Source of the DNA: Eledone cirrhosa
Lineage: Eukaryota
Direction: 5' to 3'
DNA: 64,000 bases
NCBI GenBank assembly: GCA_964016885.1
Contig: OZ024751.1
Span: 1,426,001-1,490,000 of the forward strand
Shown: positions 1 through 13,039 of the stretch, piece by piece
Layout: every line of letters begins with the position of its first letter
Position numbering within the stretch: position 1 is the first letter of the stretch
Program-made: the position numbers and the translations under genes
The notes under the pieces: model-generated
Database searches by the model: none
Told to the model about the DNA's origin: nothing
What the model saw: only the letters and a program-made list of their open reading frames with translations

Positions 1-627
1 GTCTGTGTTTCTTATTGGCAACGTCACCCTCCCAAAGCATAACAAAATATATATATATATATACATATACATGTGTGTGTGTCTGTTTGTGTGTGTGTGT
101 GTGTGTCTGTGTATGTATGTGTATATATATGTGTATATATGTATGTGTGTGCGTGTATGCATGTATATATGTGTGTATGGGTGTGTATGTGTACGTGTGT
201 GCGTGTATATATATATATATTCATATATATGTACACGTGCGCGTATGTATAGAGCTTTTTGTTTTTGTGTTTTTGTTTTTGTATGTTTGTATGTATTTAT
301 GTGTGTATACACTCCCCATTTTTATATGTGTGTATTTGTGTGTAAATATTTGAGTGCATATATATCTGTGTATATGTATGTGTATGTATTTATGTTCCTG
401 TTCGTTTTTCTATGTAGACGCAAATACGTTTATGTGAGAAAGTATACGTCTACGTAATATTACGTATATGCGCGTGGTTGAGTGTGTGTATGTTTTTTTT
501 TCTGGATATTTATTTTTATTTATATATTTTTTTCCCCTATTTCCTTTCTGCCCGTTTTTTCAGCCTCACTTTCACATTTCCTAAATTTTGTTTTCAAATC
601 CATATTTAATAAAAACATCATGTTATT

Positions 628-692
628 TATTCATTCTGACGACTGACGACAGACACAACACCTGCCTTCAAGAAACCACTGTTAAATGAATA
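628..692 (+). ncRNA. Degenerate type I hammerhead ribozyme-like motif
   Basis: tattcatt-CTGACGA-...-GAAAC cact GTT a-aatgaata. Stem I is 8 bp. There is an extra base at the cleavage site and stem II is poorly paired. Confidence 0.45.
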
Positions 693-847
693 GTTATTTT
701 TTGTTGTTTATTACATAACTAATAAGCTCTGTAGCCTACATAGTACACTCTTTTTTCCTGTAACTTTCTGACGGCAATACTTCATTTATATATATATATA
801 ATTCAATGATATTAAATAAATGGAAACTATATTTATAAAATCATATT

Positions 848-910
848 TATTTTATTATATATATTTCAAGGGTACCAAGACAGATTGGTACGCTTTCATC
901 AGATAAAATA
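848..910 (-). ncRNA. Type I hammerhead ribozyme at the 3' end (pseudo-LTR) of the PLE at 1940-3270
   Basis: The minus strand reads tattttat-CTGATGA-aag c gtacc(loop)ggtac c ctt-GAAA TATATAT A-ataaaata. Stem I is 8 bp, stem II is paired, stem III is palindromic and the cleavage triplet is AUA. Confidence 0.8.
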
Positions 911-1939
911 CAAAGTTTGTTTTGTAAATAGAGACATACCCATGCAAATCATACCTTATCAGTTGGATATTCACTGGATAGTGGAAATATATTAGGGATT
1001 TTTCAAACTTATGTGTGAATATGCAAATGAATATGTAAATAATTGAAAAACAACCGTTTAGTTAAACGACTATGGAGAGAGAGAGAGAAGAGATAAGAGG
1101 AGAGGATAAAATAGTGCGAGAGAGAGAGAGAGCGAGAAGGAAAGAAACAAGAGAAGATGAATAAAAACTCATATAACGTTAATTTGAGGGAAATATATTC
1201 TAGGTATATATCTTAATAGTACGTGTATTTTACGATTATTAGTTGTTTAGAATTTGTTTATAATATAATATTTTTCTTCTGTTATAAGTAGATAAATAAA
1301 TACATAAATACATAAATAAATAAATAAATAAATAAATAATTGCGTATATCATGTTATAGATAATTGTTCTAATGAGTTATGAGGGGTATTGGTTTTGTAT
1401 TTAATGTAAATAAATATTAAGTTAAATTAAATTAAATTAACTGAGTTAATAAGAATATTTATATTTATATGATTTAAAATGGAAAGATACGGAAAAAACT
1501 CCGGTTTAATTTATTTATTCGTTAGTGTGAGACTATTTAGTTAAAATAAGTATAGATGTTGAAAGATACATTTCGCCAGAATCAGTTAGTGGTTATAAAT
1601 CTATTTCAAAATATTGAACAAATATTGATAAAGTATTGAAAAAATATTGAAAAAGTATTGAAAAAATATTGAAAAATTTGAGAGTTTAAAAAATAAATAA
1701 TTTATAAGAGATAAGTAATTTTTAAAGAAATAAAAATTAAAGAAATAAAAATAAAGAAATACAAATTATATATAAAAAAAAAAAAAAAAAGATTAGAATT
1801 ATATACGTATATATTTTATGAATCTTTAAGAAGTGGAATTACAGCAAATGTTATGGATATTATGATTTAGAGATATCAATATATTAAAACCAAGTGGATG
1901 AGATTGTTATGGAAATTAATAGGAATATTATAAGTATAT

Positions 1940-3270
1940 TTATAAGTTATATATAGTTCTGAATGTTAAATTCTGGCGATGTCTACAAGAATTAAATAAA
2001 TTCGTTCTTAGATTAATAGAGTTTTTACATTTAAGTATGAAAAATATTTCCTCAATACACAATTTGCAGAATCTAGATAAAGCTGTGTTTTGGTACGCGG
2101 GTGCTTTTGAAACTGTTTCCCAAGCTAATGAATAGTCCATATTCTTGGATTTTAAGTTCCATATCAGGTTTGAAAGAGAAGTTGAAGATTTTTTATCAAA
2201 CCTTCGGAAAGAGCATTTGTGGTTATTCCAGCGACTTTTAAATTCTGTAGACGTTGCACCGATATAGTTAAATATATTATCACTAGTTTTAACTGTACAT
2301 TTATAGACCACGTTTTTATCTAAACACTTATTTTGTAAAGGACAGTTTGATTTAATTCTACAGTTACTTTTTGCGGAGTTGTTGTTGTTCGGAACGGTAC
2401 TATTATGTTGGATATTGCTAGAGATATTACTGCTATTTTGGTTATTTTGGTTAGGGTTTAAATTTCTATTTTTAATTCTATTAATATTTTGTGCTATGTT
2501 CATAGTAGTAGAGTAGGATAGTTTTATAGTATGTCTGTTAAAGATTGAGTGGTATCTGTGGGCTTTAGGAAAACATTTATCTAGTGCTTTAAAGAATAGT
2601 TTTGCTAAAGGTGTTTTTACGCTTAATGAGAATGGGGGTGAGTACCAAATAATATTTCTAGTTCTATTTCTTGTTAGTTTTAGAGTTTAAGTTAAATTTT
2701 TTATTATTATTACAATTAATAGTAGGGTTATTTGCCTTATTACTATTGTCGATGTATTTAATCTTATTTGTATACCCTGCTCTATTTAAAGCTTCATTAT
2801 AATATTCTGCCTTATCGTCAAAAATGCTTTTATTAGAGGAGATGCGTGAAATCCGTTGTTGGACAGAATTGACGATAGTGTTCTTGATTGATCTAGGATG
2901 ATTAGAGTTAAAACTTACATTATTTAGATTCACATTAATTTTATGGAATGGATAGTAGAGCCCTGTGTTAAGGTTTAATGTTACGTCTAAAATGTTAATA
3001 ATTTTATAGTTATTCTCTATTTCTAACTTAAGGTTGTAGCTATTGAGGAATTGTATTATGGATTTTCTCTTCCTATTAATTTCACAATTAGTATGATTTT
3101 CAATTAAAAGCAGCATATCATCACGATATAAACCACCGGTCATCTCTGGTATTTTTCTATGCAGTGTATTATTAATAAATAGCCCGTTAGATCCGTTATT
3201 TGCACCGAGTCAGATGATCCCATAGTGATATCAAAATTATTTTTTCTATCGGCTCTTGTCCAGTACACCA
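1940..3270 (-). mobile_element. 5'-truncated, frameshifted Penelope-like element (RT + C-terminal GIY-YIG, probably Hydra clade)
   Basis: RT motifs FDITMGSSDS (about 3190-3240, my translation), GLYRDD and LDVTLNL are present. The GIY-YIG region reads NCR..CPL..C, VVYKC..YIG..FKSRWNNH..SF and CKLCIEE. An AT-rich 3' region leads to the hammerhead at 848-910. Confidence 0.88.
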
Positions 3271-3439
3271 GTTGAGTGCTCTAAATCTGTTATAAACATT
3301 TATATTTGTCGGACTCCCAACAAATTAAATACCCCTTCTACTTTGCCGAAAATTATAGAGGCTGGATTCAGTTCCTGATTATTACTGGATTTCTATAAGA
3401 AACCAGCCTCTATAATTTTCGGTAAAGGTCGGCGAGTGC

Positions 3440-3485
3440 TAGGCTCTGATGAACACCAACAGTGTGAAACAGATCTGTCAGCTTA
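3440..3485 (+). ncRNA. Minimal type I hammerhead ribozyme
   Basis: taggct-CTGATGA-acac caaca gtgt-GAAAC agatct GTC-agctta. The core is canonical, stem I is 6 bp, stem II is 4 bp and stem III is palindromic. The GUC site is at 3477-3479. Confidence 0.88.
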
Positions 3486-3639
3486 TCTCCCTTCCTTTGC
3501 TGAAAAAAGAAGTAAGTCACTTCTTTAAAATAATAGCGCAAGGTCTTCAAAATGTTTTTAATTAAACATACAGTATATTGTCAAATATACTATACATGCA
3601 TTCATGTATACATCGCTATTTCAGAGCACCAATCCTAAT

Positions 3640-3760
<121 letters not shown>

Positions 3761-5223
3761 CATATATCACTCAACAACAAAGAATAAATAAAGAAAAAGT
3801 ATTTATTAACAAATTTAAATATGTAATGACCCCCATTAGATTCTCCCCCCCCCCAAACACGCACACACACGCACACACTCACGCGCACACGAACACCACG
3901 AAATAAGAGAAAAAATGCTCATACACATATTTTCCAAAAATTCCTGATTGAAAGCCACCACTGATGCTTTGCTCTGTTTTTTTTAATTGCCCACCACAAA
4001 GGGGCCTGTGACAGACAGGCTGAAGCACACATACACACACACACACATACACACACCACTCCCCCATACATGTGTGTAATTTTTAATCTATACACCCTCA
4101 AAGGTACACACACTCTCTAAAACCATATTCCTAAAATAGAATTTCTTACTGTTTCCAATCCCATAAAATTTGTCTCTAGCTTACATGTTTCCCCCTTCGC
4201 CCATCTGAACTCTTGACCAGTCCATTAACACAATTACGATACACACACATATTTACAGAATATTTCCTTTGTCCCCCAAAACAATTTTGTTCTGTGAAGA
4301 AACACACCTACCACGACCACTGCTGTTACTTTATGACTACACCCCTCTCTCTATACACAAGAGTTCATTTTCCAGTCTCCTTCTCAACAAGGAAGATGAA
4401 AATTTTAAATCTTTAATTTTTAGATTTTAATTCTTATTAATTCTTTTTAATTGCAATACTCAACATTTGATAAGACGAATTTTACTAATACATCGAAAGC
4501 GGTTATACTTTATATACTTTATATACGTTATATACTTTATATACATTATAAAACTCTTTTTTAAAAGAATTGTCCTTCTCATTTTTTCAATAATGTCATT
4601 TTTTCAATAATGTCATTTTTTCAATAATATCACTTTGACGAATCAAAGAAAGGGGGGAAAACAAAAAGAAAAACAGACCCTAAAATATATTTTCCGTGCT
4701 ATTTCCAATTTCACCTCCACTCTCTCTCTATATATATATGCACACACACTCACACTCACACACACACACATACATATATATATATATTTCTACGTACACT
4801 AAATATATATAAATATAGATCATATATATACGAATTTATTCAATTTATGTGTGTTTGTGAATGTATATGCGAATGTCTCTGTGTGTGTATGTGTCTGCCT
4901 GTCTGAGTGTGTATGTGTCTGCCTGTCTGAGTGTGTATGTGTCTGTGAGTCTGTGTCTGTGCATGTATTTATGTGTCTCTGTGTGTGTGTATGAGGCATG
5001 TAAACATTATAGATAAGTTATGTTTGCTATAGTGATACACCAGTCCAAACTATAATTAGAGTTGACCTCATAACGTTCGAGATAAGATTAGAGAAGGGTC
5101 ACATTACAAAGGACTTTTATATGACGAAGATTACAGGAGAGACTATATCGCCTTATAAACAAGGGAGTCCCTCTCTCACATACTGAGTTCTGATATATAT
5201 ATATATATATATATACATATATA

Positions 5224-5299
5224 CAGGGTGTCACCAAAAAATGTATACATACTTTTATTAGAATGCTGTTGAAGTGTGTATACATTTTTAGGGAACACC

Positions 5300-5302
<3 letters not shown>
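5224..5302. mobile_element. 79-bp Tc1/mariner-type MITE
   Basis: Imperfect ~26-bp TIRs CAGGGTGTCACCAAAAAATGTATACA / TGTATACATTTTTAGGGAACACCCTG, flanked by TA within a (TA)n tract. Confidence 0.8.
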
Positions 5303-5367
<65 letters not shown>

Positions 5368-5636
5368 TAGTTGTGATAAAGGAGCTTAGAAAGACGAACA
5401 ATTTATGATGCAAATAATATACTATACTACTATCGAAGATCTTTTCTGTAGAAGCAAGGTTTTACTCGACATAGGGAACTCACTACTTATTATCTAGACA
5501 TCTGGCGTCACTGTGCATTTCCCTTCAATCGTTCTTTTAACCTTTTCGTTGTAATACTAAGGAAAGACACTGTGTATGATTTTCAAATCATTTGGAAAAT
5601 AATAAAGAATTTGGAGAGGTTTATTAATACAACTAG

Positions 5637-5962
5637 AGGCGGCGAGTTGGTAAAACATCGGAAAGAATGCTTAGTATTATTCATTTAGGCTCGCTTCATT
5701 CTGAGTTCGAATCACGCTGAGGTCAACTTTGTCTTTCATCCTTTTTCAGGTTGATAAAAAGTACCAGTTCACTACTGGCGTCGATTCTTCCTCTGTATCT
5801 CTTTCTCACTCTCCCCTTTTTCTTTCTCTCTCTCTCTTTTCTTCTCTAGAAGAAATATCAGCTGTGTGTAGACCTGCTGATGTGATGGGTTCCAGCAGGT
5901 TTTTAAAAATGGCCTCAGAAATGCTGTATGTCACTTCGGCGCCCCTATGACTCCGCCAGGAG
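5637..5962 (+). mobile_element. tRNA-derived SINE (Deu/Nin-like central domain)
   Basis: A-box-like GGCGGCGAGTTGG, B-box-like GAGTTCGAATC, then ctttcatcc...gataaa...gtaccag. Relatives occur throughout the window. Confidence 0.7.
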
Positions 5963-6266
5963 TTACATGTTATAGGGAGAAAGTAAAACAACCAACTTTC
6001 TCATTATTAAGTTAAATTATTATTATGTTTAAAGCATGTTTAAAGCATAGTTTGAACAAAGATTCCTACTTAAATTACGATGGAAGGTTTTTAGTTAAAT
6101 ATAAACTCTTTAAAATAAACAACTTTGTATTATAAGACCAGAGTCAGTTTCAGGCCGTTCTGCATCGAAAATTTTGCACACTGCTTTGTACTATTTCACT
6201 TCAATCTTATATACTTTGTAGTATATAGTGTTTGTTGTTTTTCAATGTTGTATTATTCAATATATG

Positions 6267-6490
6267 AAGGGCGGTGGATTGGCAGTATCAGAAGAGCGTC
6301 AGACACCATGCTTCATCACATAGAGTTATGTCCCTTTACGTTCTGAGTTCAAATACCGCTGAGGTTAGCTTTGCCTTTCATCCTTATGGTGTCGATAAAA
6401 TAAAGCACCAGTAATGCACTAGGGTCGATTTAATCGACTTTCCCCTTCCCCCAAATTGCTGGCCTTGTTCCTAAATAAGAAACAATTATT
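6267..6490 (+). mobile_element. tRNA-derived SINE, same family
   Basis: ctgagttcaaat...tttgcctttcatccttatggtgtcgataaaataaag is shared with the copies at 13313-13410, 41555-41716 and 52985-53323. Confidence 0.72.
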
Positions 6491-6921
6491 TAATATGCGA
6501 AGGGTATAAGGTTTTGTACTACTATGCAAACCATCTTAAATCTAGTGGCAATGGTTAGATTTTAAGATGATGAGTTTTAAGAATGACTAAATCATGTCAA
6601 GAGTTGTTAAAGTACTGCCAAATATCGAACTCTTTTTCTTTTAAACGAGGCTCAGTATGATGTAGAGATTGCTTGGCTTTTATTTCTAATAGATAGAATT
6701 CCTTTATCTATTACTGGTCAGCTTATATTTATATGTAGACAGTGATACTCTCTATGTAAATAGTTCAGCCGTCTGCCCATTATGCATCGCAGAAAAATAC
6801 AATATTATCACGCAAAAAGTATGTTTACTCATTAAGGAAAATAACATTGTCTCGGTATAGACATTAAAATTAAAACGTCGGTGGTACAGTCAGAACACAT
6901 AATTAGATGATACGTGGAATA

Positions 6922-6973
<52 letters not shown>

Positions 6974-7302
6974 GTGTGTGTGTGTGTGTTTGCGTGTGAA
7001 CGTGTGTGTGCGTGTGTGTGCATGTATACACACATATATATATATACATACACACACACACATGTCCTTCTTTGTCCACATGCTGGACTACAGTCTTTAT
7101 TCTCTTCTAATTTACTATTTCTTCTATTTCTATATGTTTAAGCCCTTACATACTCTATATTTGTGTAATTTCTCTCTACCTGTTTTGTTATGACCCAATA
7201 TGCATTGGAATGAACGATATCGACCTTAATAAACCGAAACCGTAGTGATGTCCAGAGGGTGGCAGACGAAATGGGACTGTTATATATACATATATATATA
7301 TT

Positions 7303-7335
<33 letters not shown>

Positions 7336-7560
7336 ATGTGTGTGTGTGTCATTATATTGCAAGTAAAGATGCCTCGAAATTTAACACGCTTCTGTAATAT
7401 CTTGCCACACAGACTTATTTACCTGTCAGTTGTAATAATTAAAACTAAACCTTAGAATATGTAAACAAAGTTGATCAAGATATTATTAGCTAATTAATTT
7501 CACCTGAAACAGTTAATCAGTTTATTGATGTGAATAGATATCTGTTAATTAGCTTGTCTC

Positions 7561-7623
<63 letters not shown>

Positions 7624-7774
7624 GAATATTGTTATAACTGTTGATGAGTTTTGTATTGAGATAGGCAGGTTTGTTAGAGGTGGGGTGGGGGTGAAATACT
7701 GTGATATCTTAAAAGGTGAGTGTAGGTAGATGATGTTCTGGACAAACAATGGCATTGTATGTGAGATAAGAATG

Positions 7775-8030
7775 ACAGAAAGAAACCTAGAAAGAAAGGA
7801 AGGAAGAAAGAAAGATAGAAAGAAAGAAAGGAAGAAAGAAAGAAAGCTAGAAAGAGAGAAAGGAAGAAAGAAAGAAATCTAGAAAGAAAGAATGAAATAA
7901 TGAAAGAAACCTAGTAAGAATGAAAGCTAGAAAGAAAGAATGAAAGAAAGAAATGAAAGGAAGAATGAAAGAAAGAAAGAAAGAGAGAGAAGAAAAAATG
8001 AAAGAAAGAAATAAAGGAAGAAAGATAGAA
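7775..8030 (+). repeat. Degenerate (GAAA)n purine tract
   Basis: Direct reading of the sequence. Confidence 0.85.
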
Positions 8031-8995
8031 ACGTTTGTTGGTATAAGTAGGAGTGGGCTGGAAAAATCTAGAGATAGATATGTTTGTAGAAAGAAGATGA
8101 GATAATAGAGACTGAGAGCAAGAAAAGGACATGGCAGAACAAAGGAGGTATTCGGCTCAAAACAGAGGAGATAACTCGTCTCTACAAAATATTATAGCAC
8201 ATATGATGCTTTGAAATAACTTCTCATAGGTGTATGGTAGATAAATATAATACATATTGTATTGAGGAAAGTATGTAGCAGTGAACAGCGACTGAGACAC
8301 CTAAATGTGACATAAATGTGACCATCTTTATTTTAAAGATGGCGGCGTCTTTAATCTTTGGCAAATATGTGGTACATTAGCGATCGCACTATTAGCACAC
8401 ACACACACACACACACATACACATACACACAAACACACCCAGAGACAACACACAAACACACACACACACAAACAATCACACACACACACATACATACAGA
8501 TACACACTCACACATCCATACAAAGACATAAACTCACATACGCACATATACACATATACACATATATGCACACATACACTAACTCACACACAACACACAA
8601 ATACACACAGACACACACACAAACACATACATACACACGCGCACACACACAAACACACATACGCGCACACGCACACACACAAACACACATACGCGCACAC
8701 GCACACACACAAACACACACAAGCACACACATACACACACATACACACAAACACACACACATACATACTTTTTTCTCGCTGATGGAGTACTATTGTCCGA
8801 AACTCTTGAGGTTTTCACTGCTTATAACAAATTCACAAGTGTAATTTATTTTTAATCTACGAATATTTTTGCCTAAACACGTCTTTTGTTTGTATATATG
8901 ATCCAGTGACCGCGGTCTACAAATGCAAAAGTCTATCTATCTATCTATCTAGAGGGAGAGGGAGGGAGAGAGAGAAGGAGAGATAGAGAGAGATG

Positions 8996-9028
<33 letters not shown>

Positions 9029-9103
9029 GTATGTATGTATAACTATATTTATACGTACATATGTATCTACCTATCTATCTATCTATCTATCCATCTATCT
9101 ATA

Positions 9104-9139
<36 letters not shown>

Positions 9140-9143
<4 letters not shown>

Positions 9144-9255
9144 TTGAAATAAAATGAAAACGAAATTTCATTTCTCACTCTTAGTACGGCACTTACTTAA
9201 ATGTAAGTATGTATGTATACGTACATACATATATGTATACAGACGTACAGTAGCA

Positions 9256-9325
<70 letters not shown>

Positions 9326-9698
9326 CAGGTACACATACATATATGCACGTATCAGTTTAGCGGACGCTTATTATAACGCCGCTTTGTTCGTTTGTAAACA
9401 AACTGAACAGCCTGAATTTTTGCCGTACGGTGTTAAGGCAACCACGCCACCTTTTTGTTCAACACTGACACAGGAACGATGTACTAGTTTCAAGCTTGTT
9501 AGCTATCATCAGCACCGTATACCCTTCTGCCAGATAGTTGAACGTTCGAAAGTATATACTTTCCTTATGAAAATTAACGGCTGAGCAGCCTAATTTGCAT
9601 ATCGAGTGAGTTAGGTCGGTCAGGCATACCGAAAACGATAAGTTGAAATAAAATGAAAACTAAATTTCATTTCTCACTCTTAGTACGGCACTTACTTA
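9140..9698. repeat. Dispersed repeat with 60-bp direct terminal repeats, in (TA)n
   Basis: taagttgaaataaaatgaaaac...cacttactta occurs at 9140-9199 and 9639-9698. The body (9210-9495) is homologous to 55630-55852. Confidence 0.7.
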
Positions 9699-9725
9699 TA
9701 TATATATATTTTATTTTATAGAAGG

Positions 9726-9776
9726 AGCTTCTACAGGACTAGTACTGTTTCATTCAGATGAAATCTTCAGGAAGCT
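9726..9776 (-). ncRNA. Type I hammerhead ribozyme (GUA family)
   Basis: Exact reverse complement of 12816-12866. Confidence 0.72.
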
Positions 9777-11631
9777 GGGTGTCATATTAAGTTCTGGTAT
9801 TTATACATTTAGGTAGTGGTAAGGGAGGGGTGGTGGCTGGGTGTGGGGTGGGGGGGTGGGGGTGGGGTGGGGGGGGGGGGGGGGGGGGGTAGGATGGTAT
9901 TTAGATACACAGGACCACAACATGGCACAGGCCGTTTTTTCTTTGGGGGAGTGGTCAATTAGCCAGAGTGCTTTTTTGAAATAACTAAATAAATAAATAA
10001 GTAAATAAATAAATAAATGAATAAATAGATAAATGAATAAATAAATAAATAAATAAATAAATAAAAAAAAAAAAAAAAAAAAAAAAACCAATAATAGTAA
10101 TTCAACAGATATATAGTAGGACATTTTTTTTAGGTGGGTTGGTAATAGAAATTAAACAAGACCGAATCATGGCTCAGACTGAGGTGAGTGGTCAAGTTAA
10201 CATACAAGCCACAGGTGGCCAGAGTGTTTTTGTAGAATGGAAAGAATAACCGATAGCAACTGCAATTGCCCTGATAAGACTACCTGCCCTCTCAACAACA
10301 ACTGTCTAAAAAAAGATCTCGTCTATATATGCGATGTACTCTCAGGCCCCGATGAAAAAAGAAACTCGTACATCGGGATGACTTCCAACAGTTTTAAGAC
10401 TCGCTGATACGCCCACACACATTCGTTCCGGCGCCCAGGCAAATCTAACCAAACTACACTCGCCGCCCACACCGGGCACCTTAAAAGGAACTCCATCCCC
10501 TTCAAGACCCAATGGAGACTACTCCAGAGAGCGCGATCCTACACGGGAGGCCATAATTGCTGTGACCTCTGTATCTCCGAGAGCTATGAGATTCTATTCG
10601 CCAAAGGCCCTCTCCTCAACAAGATCTCGGAACACTCCCCTAATTGCATGCACAAGAACTATGCAAATTACAAAAACTACAGACCCCCCCGGCCCCCCGA
10701 CTGATCCCCCCCCCATATCACCACCCCACCCCCGTCCCCCATCCTAATTCCGTCCCTCCATCTCTCATTATTACCCTCTTTCCTTCCCTCTATCTCTCAT
10801 TATTACCTTCTTTCCTCCCCTCCAGGTCTTATATATTGTGTTGTATGCCTCTGAGTAAAGTTCCGTGGCTGCACACACAAATTCACGTATATACCTGCTC
10901 ATGTTTGCATACGTGCAGTTATGAACTGCTGCACGCACACGTCCGTGATTTATTTATCTATTTATCTGTATATTTATTTATTTATTTATTTATTTATTTA
11001 GTTAATTTATTTAGTTACTTTATTTACTTATTTAATTATTTATTTATTTATTTATTTATTTGTTTACTGGTTTATTTGTTTATCTGTTTGTTTGTTTGTT
11101 TGTTAGTTAACTCATACATTTATTTATTTATTTATTTATTAATTTATGAGTGAATGATTAGGTAATGAAGAGAAAATAGATAGGTAACGAATAGTGAATG
11201 GTAAATAGTAAATAATAAATAGTAATTAATTACTTGATGATAATATCAATAACTTAGTAGTGATATTAATTATTTTAATCCTCTATCAGGCCCAGTTTAA
11301 AATTTAAAATTTAAAATTTAAAATTTGTCCCACTACCATTATATTATAGACACATGTATGAGTGCGAACGAGTGCGTGTTTGTGCATATGCGTTTATGTG
11401 TACTTATTTGTATGTATGTATGTGTATGTATGCGTGTGTGCTTGTATATGTGTATGTGTGTGTATGTATGTATGTATATATATATCAAGTAAGTATGTTT
11501 TGAAACAGTGAGCGAGTTTGAAATTAGAAAATATATAGCTTTCACCGTATTTTTGACTAAAGGAATTTTAGCTTGATAACGGGGTTTAGAACCCTCAGAT
11601 AAATGGAAAAAGATGAGTATTGACGTATACG

Positions 11632-11666
<35 letters not shown>

Positions 11667-11921
11667 GAGATTATATATGTATGTGTGTGTATGTGTGTAT
11701 ATGTATATATGTATATATGTGTGTATGTATGTGTTTGTGTGTGTATGTATGTGTGTGCATATGTATGTATGTGTATGTATAGTATAGTTTATACCGAGAC
11801 ATGCATACATGTAGGTGTGTATATATATATATATGTGTATGTATGTATGTGTGTGTGTGTGTGTGTGTATATGTATATGTGTGTGTATGTGTATATATAT
11901 GTGTGTATACACACACACACA

Positions 11922-11952
<31 letters not shown>

Positions 11953-11955
11953 ATG

Positions 11956-11990
<35 letters not shown>

Positions 11991-12011
11991 ATGTGTGTGT
12001 GTGTAGGTATG

Positions 12012-12046
<35 letters not shown>

Positions 12047-12050
<4 letters not shown>

Positions 12051-12173
12051 TTAATATAGAAGAGATTCTACAGGACTAGAACTGTTTCATTCATTAGAAA
12101 TCATCAGGAATCCTGATGATTTTTAATGAATGAAACAGTTCTAGTCCTGTAGAATCTCTTCTATATTAAAACT
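12047..12173. ncRNA. Palindrome of two back-to-back hammerhead ribozymes
   Basis: Near-perfect 63-bp arms are centred on 12110. Each arm reads CTGATGA-ttt(c/t)taatgaat-GAAACAG ttctagtc CTGTA-gaatc. Confidence 0.78.
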
Positions 12174-12240
12174 TTTATACTCTGCTATGTATTGAGTACC
12201 TTACTTACTGTGGTTACCTCCGATTCAACCCGGAATAACG

Positions 12241-12275
<35 letters not shown>

Positions 12276-12815
12276 AAGTGTTTTTGTATGTGGTTGTGAG
12301 TATGTAAATATATTTTATTCTTTCCATTCTACAAAAACACTCTGGCCACCTGTGGCTTGTATGTTAACTTGACCACTCACCTCAGTCTGAGCCATGATTC
12401 GGTCTTGTTTAATTTCTATTACCAACCCACCAAAAAAATTTCCCTACTATATATCTGTTGAATTACTATTATTGGGGTTTTTATTTTTTTATTTTTTTAT
12501 TTTTTTTATTTTTTTATTTTTTTATTTTTTTTATTTTTTTTATTTTTTTATTTTTTTATTTTTATTTTTTTATTTATTTTCTTTATTTATTTATTCATTT
12601 ATCTATTTATTCATTTAATTATTTATTTACTTATTTATTTATTTCAAAAAAGCACTCTGGCTAATTGACCACTCCCCAAAGAAAAAACGGCCTGTGCCAT
12701 GTTGTGGTCCTGTGTATCTAAATACCATCCTACCCCCAAAAAATCCCCCCCTCAGCCACCACCCCTCCCTTACCACTACCTAAATGTATAAATACCAGAA
12801 CTTAATATGACACCC

Positions 12816-12866
12816 AGCTTCCTGAAGATTTCATCTGAATGAAACAGTACTAGTCCTGTAGAAGCT
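12816..12866 (+). ncRNA. Type I hammerhead ribozyme (GUA family)
   Basis: agcttc-CTGAAGA-tttcatctgaat-GAAACAG tactagtc CTGTA-gaagct. Stem I is 6 bp and stem III is 4 bp. Stem II is weak with a U.U closing pair. Confidence 0.72.
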
Positions 12867-13039
12867 CCTTCTATAAAATAAAAAAATTTTACTCTGCCAT
12901 GTATTGAGTACCTTACTTACTGTGGTTATCCCCGACTCAACCCGGGACCTGCGTATATATATATATATATATATATATAACATCCCAGTTTCTTAAATTG
13001 TCTTACCAGATAATTTACAGTAATACGTTCTTCCCCCTA

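Larger units (their letters stand above)
9710..12953 (+). mobile_element. 5'-truncated PLE with inverted upstream pseudo-LTR, GIY-YIG remnant, low-complexity 3' region and pseudo-LTR
   Basis: 9710-10249 is the reverse complement of 12316-12882. 10258-10670 translates to NCNCPDKTTCPLNNNCL..LVYIC..YIGMTSNSFKTR*..CDLCISE. Each pseudo-LTR carries a hammerhead. Confidence 0.85.

Noticed and set aside
5-457. Long ORFs rich in [12 protein letters not shown] (also at 3578-4113, 8508-8844, 11595-12079, 41806-42250, 50173-50514 and others)
   Set aside because: These are translations of (TG)n, (TA)n and (CA)n microsatellites with no coding signal.
5637-5720. tRNA gene
   Set aside because: It has A- and B-box-like motifs only, with no cloverleaf. 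It is a SINE head.
8775-8818. CTGATGG...GAAAC hammerhead-like remnant (similar weak cases at about 4465 and 63185)
   Set aside because: The core is mutated or stem I is unpaired, so these cannot be supported.
10400-10412. In-frame TGA in the PLE GIY-YIG as a possible selenocysteine (known in some Naiad PLEs)
   Set aside because: It aligns with the Trp in FKSRW of the 1940 copy, not a Cys. A TGG-to-TGA decay is simpler, and no SECIS is seen.
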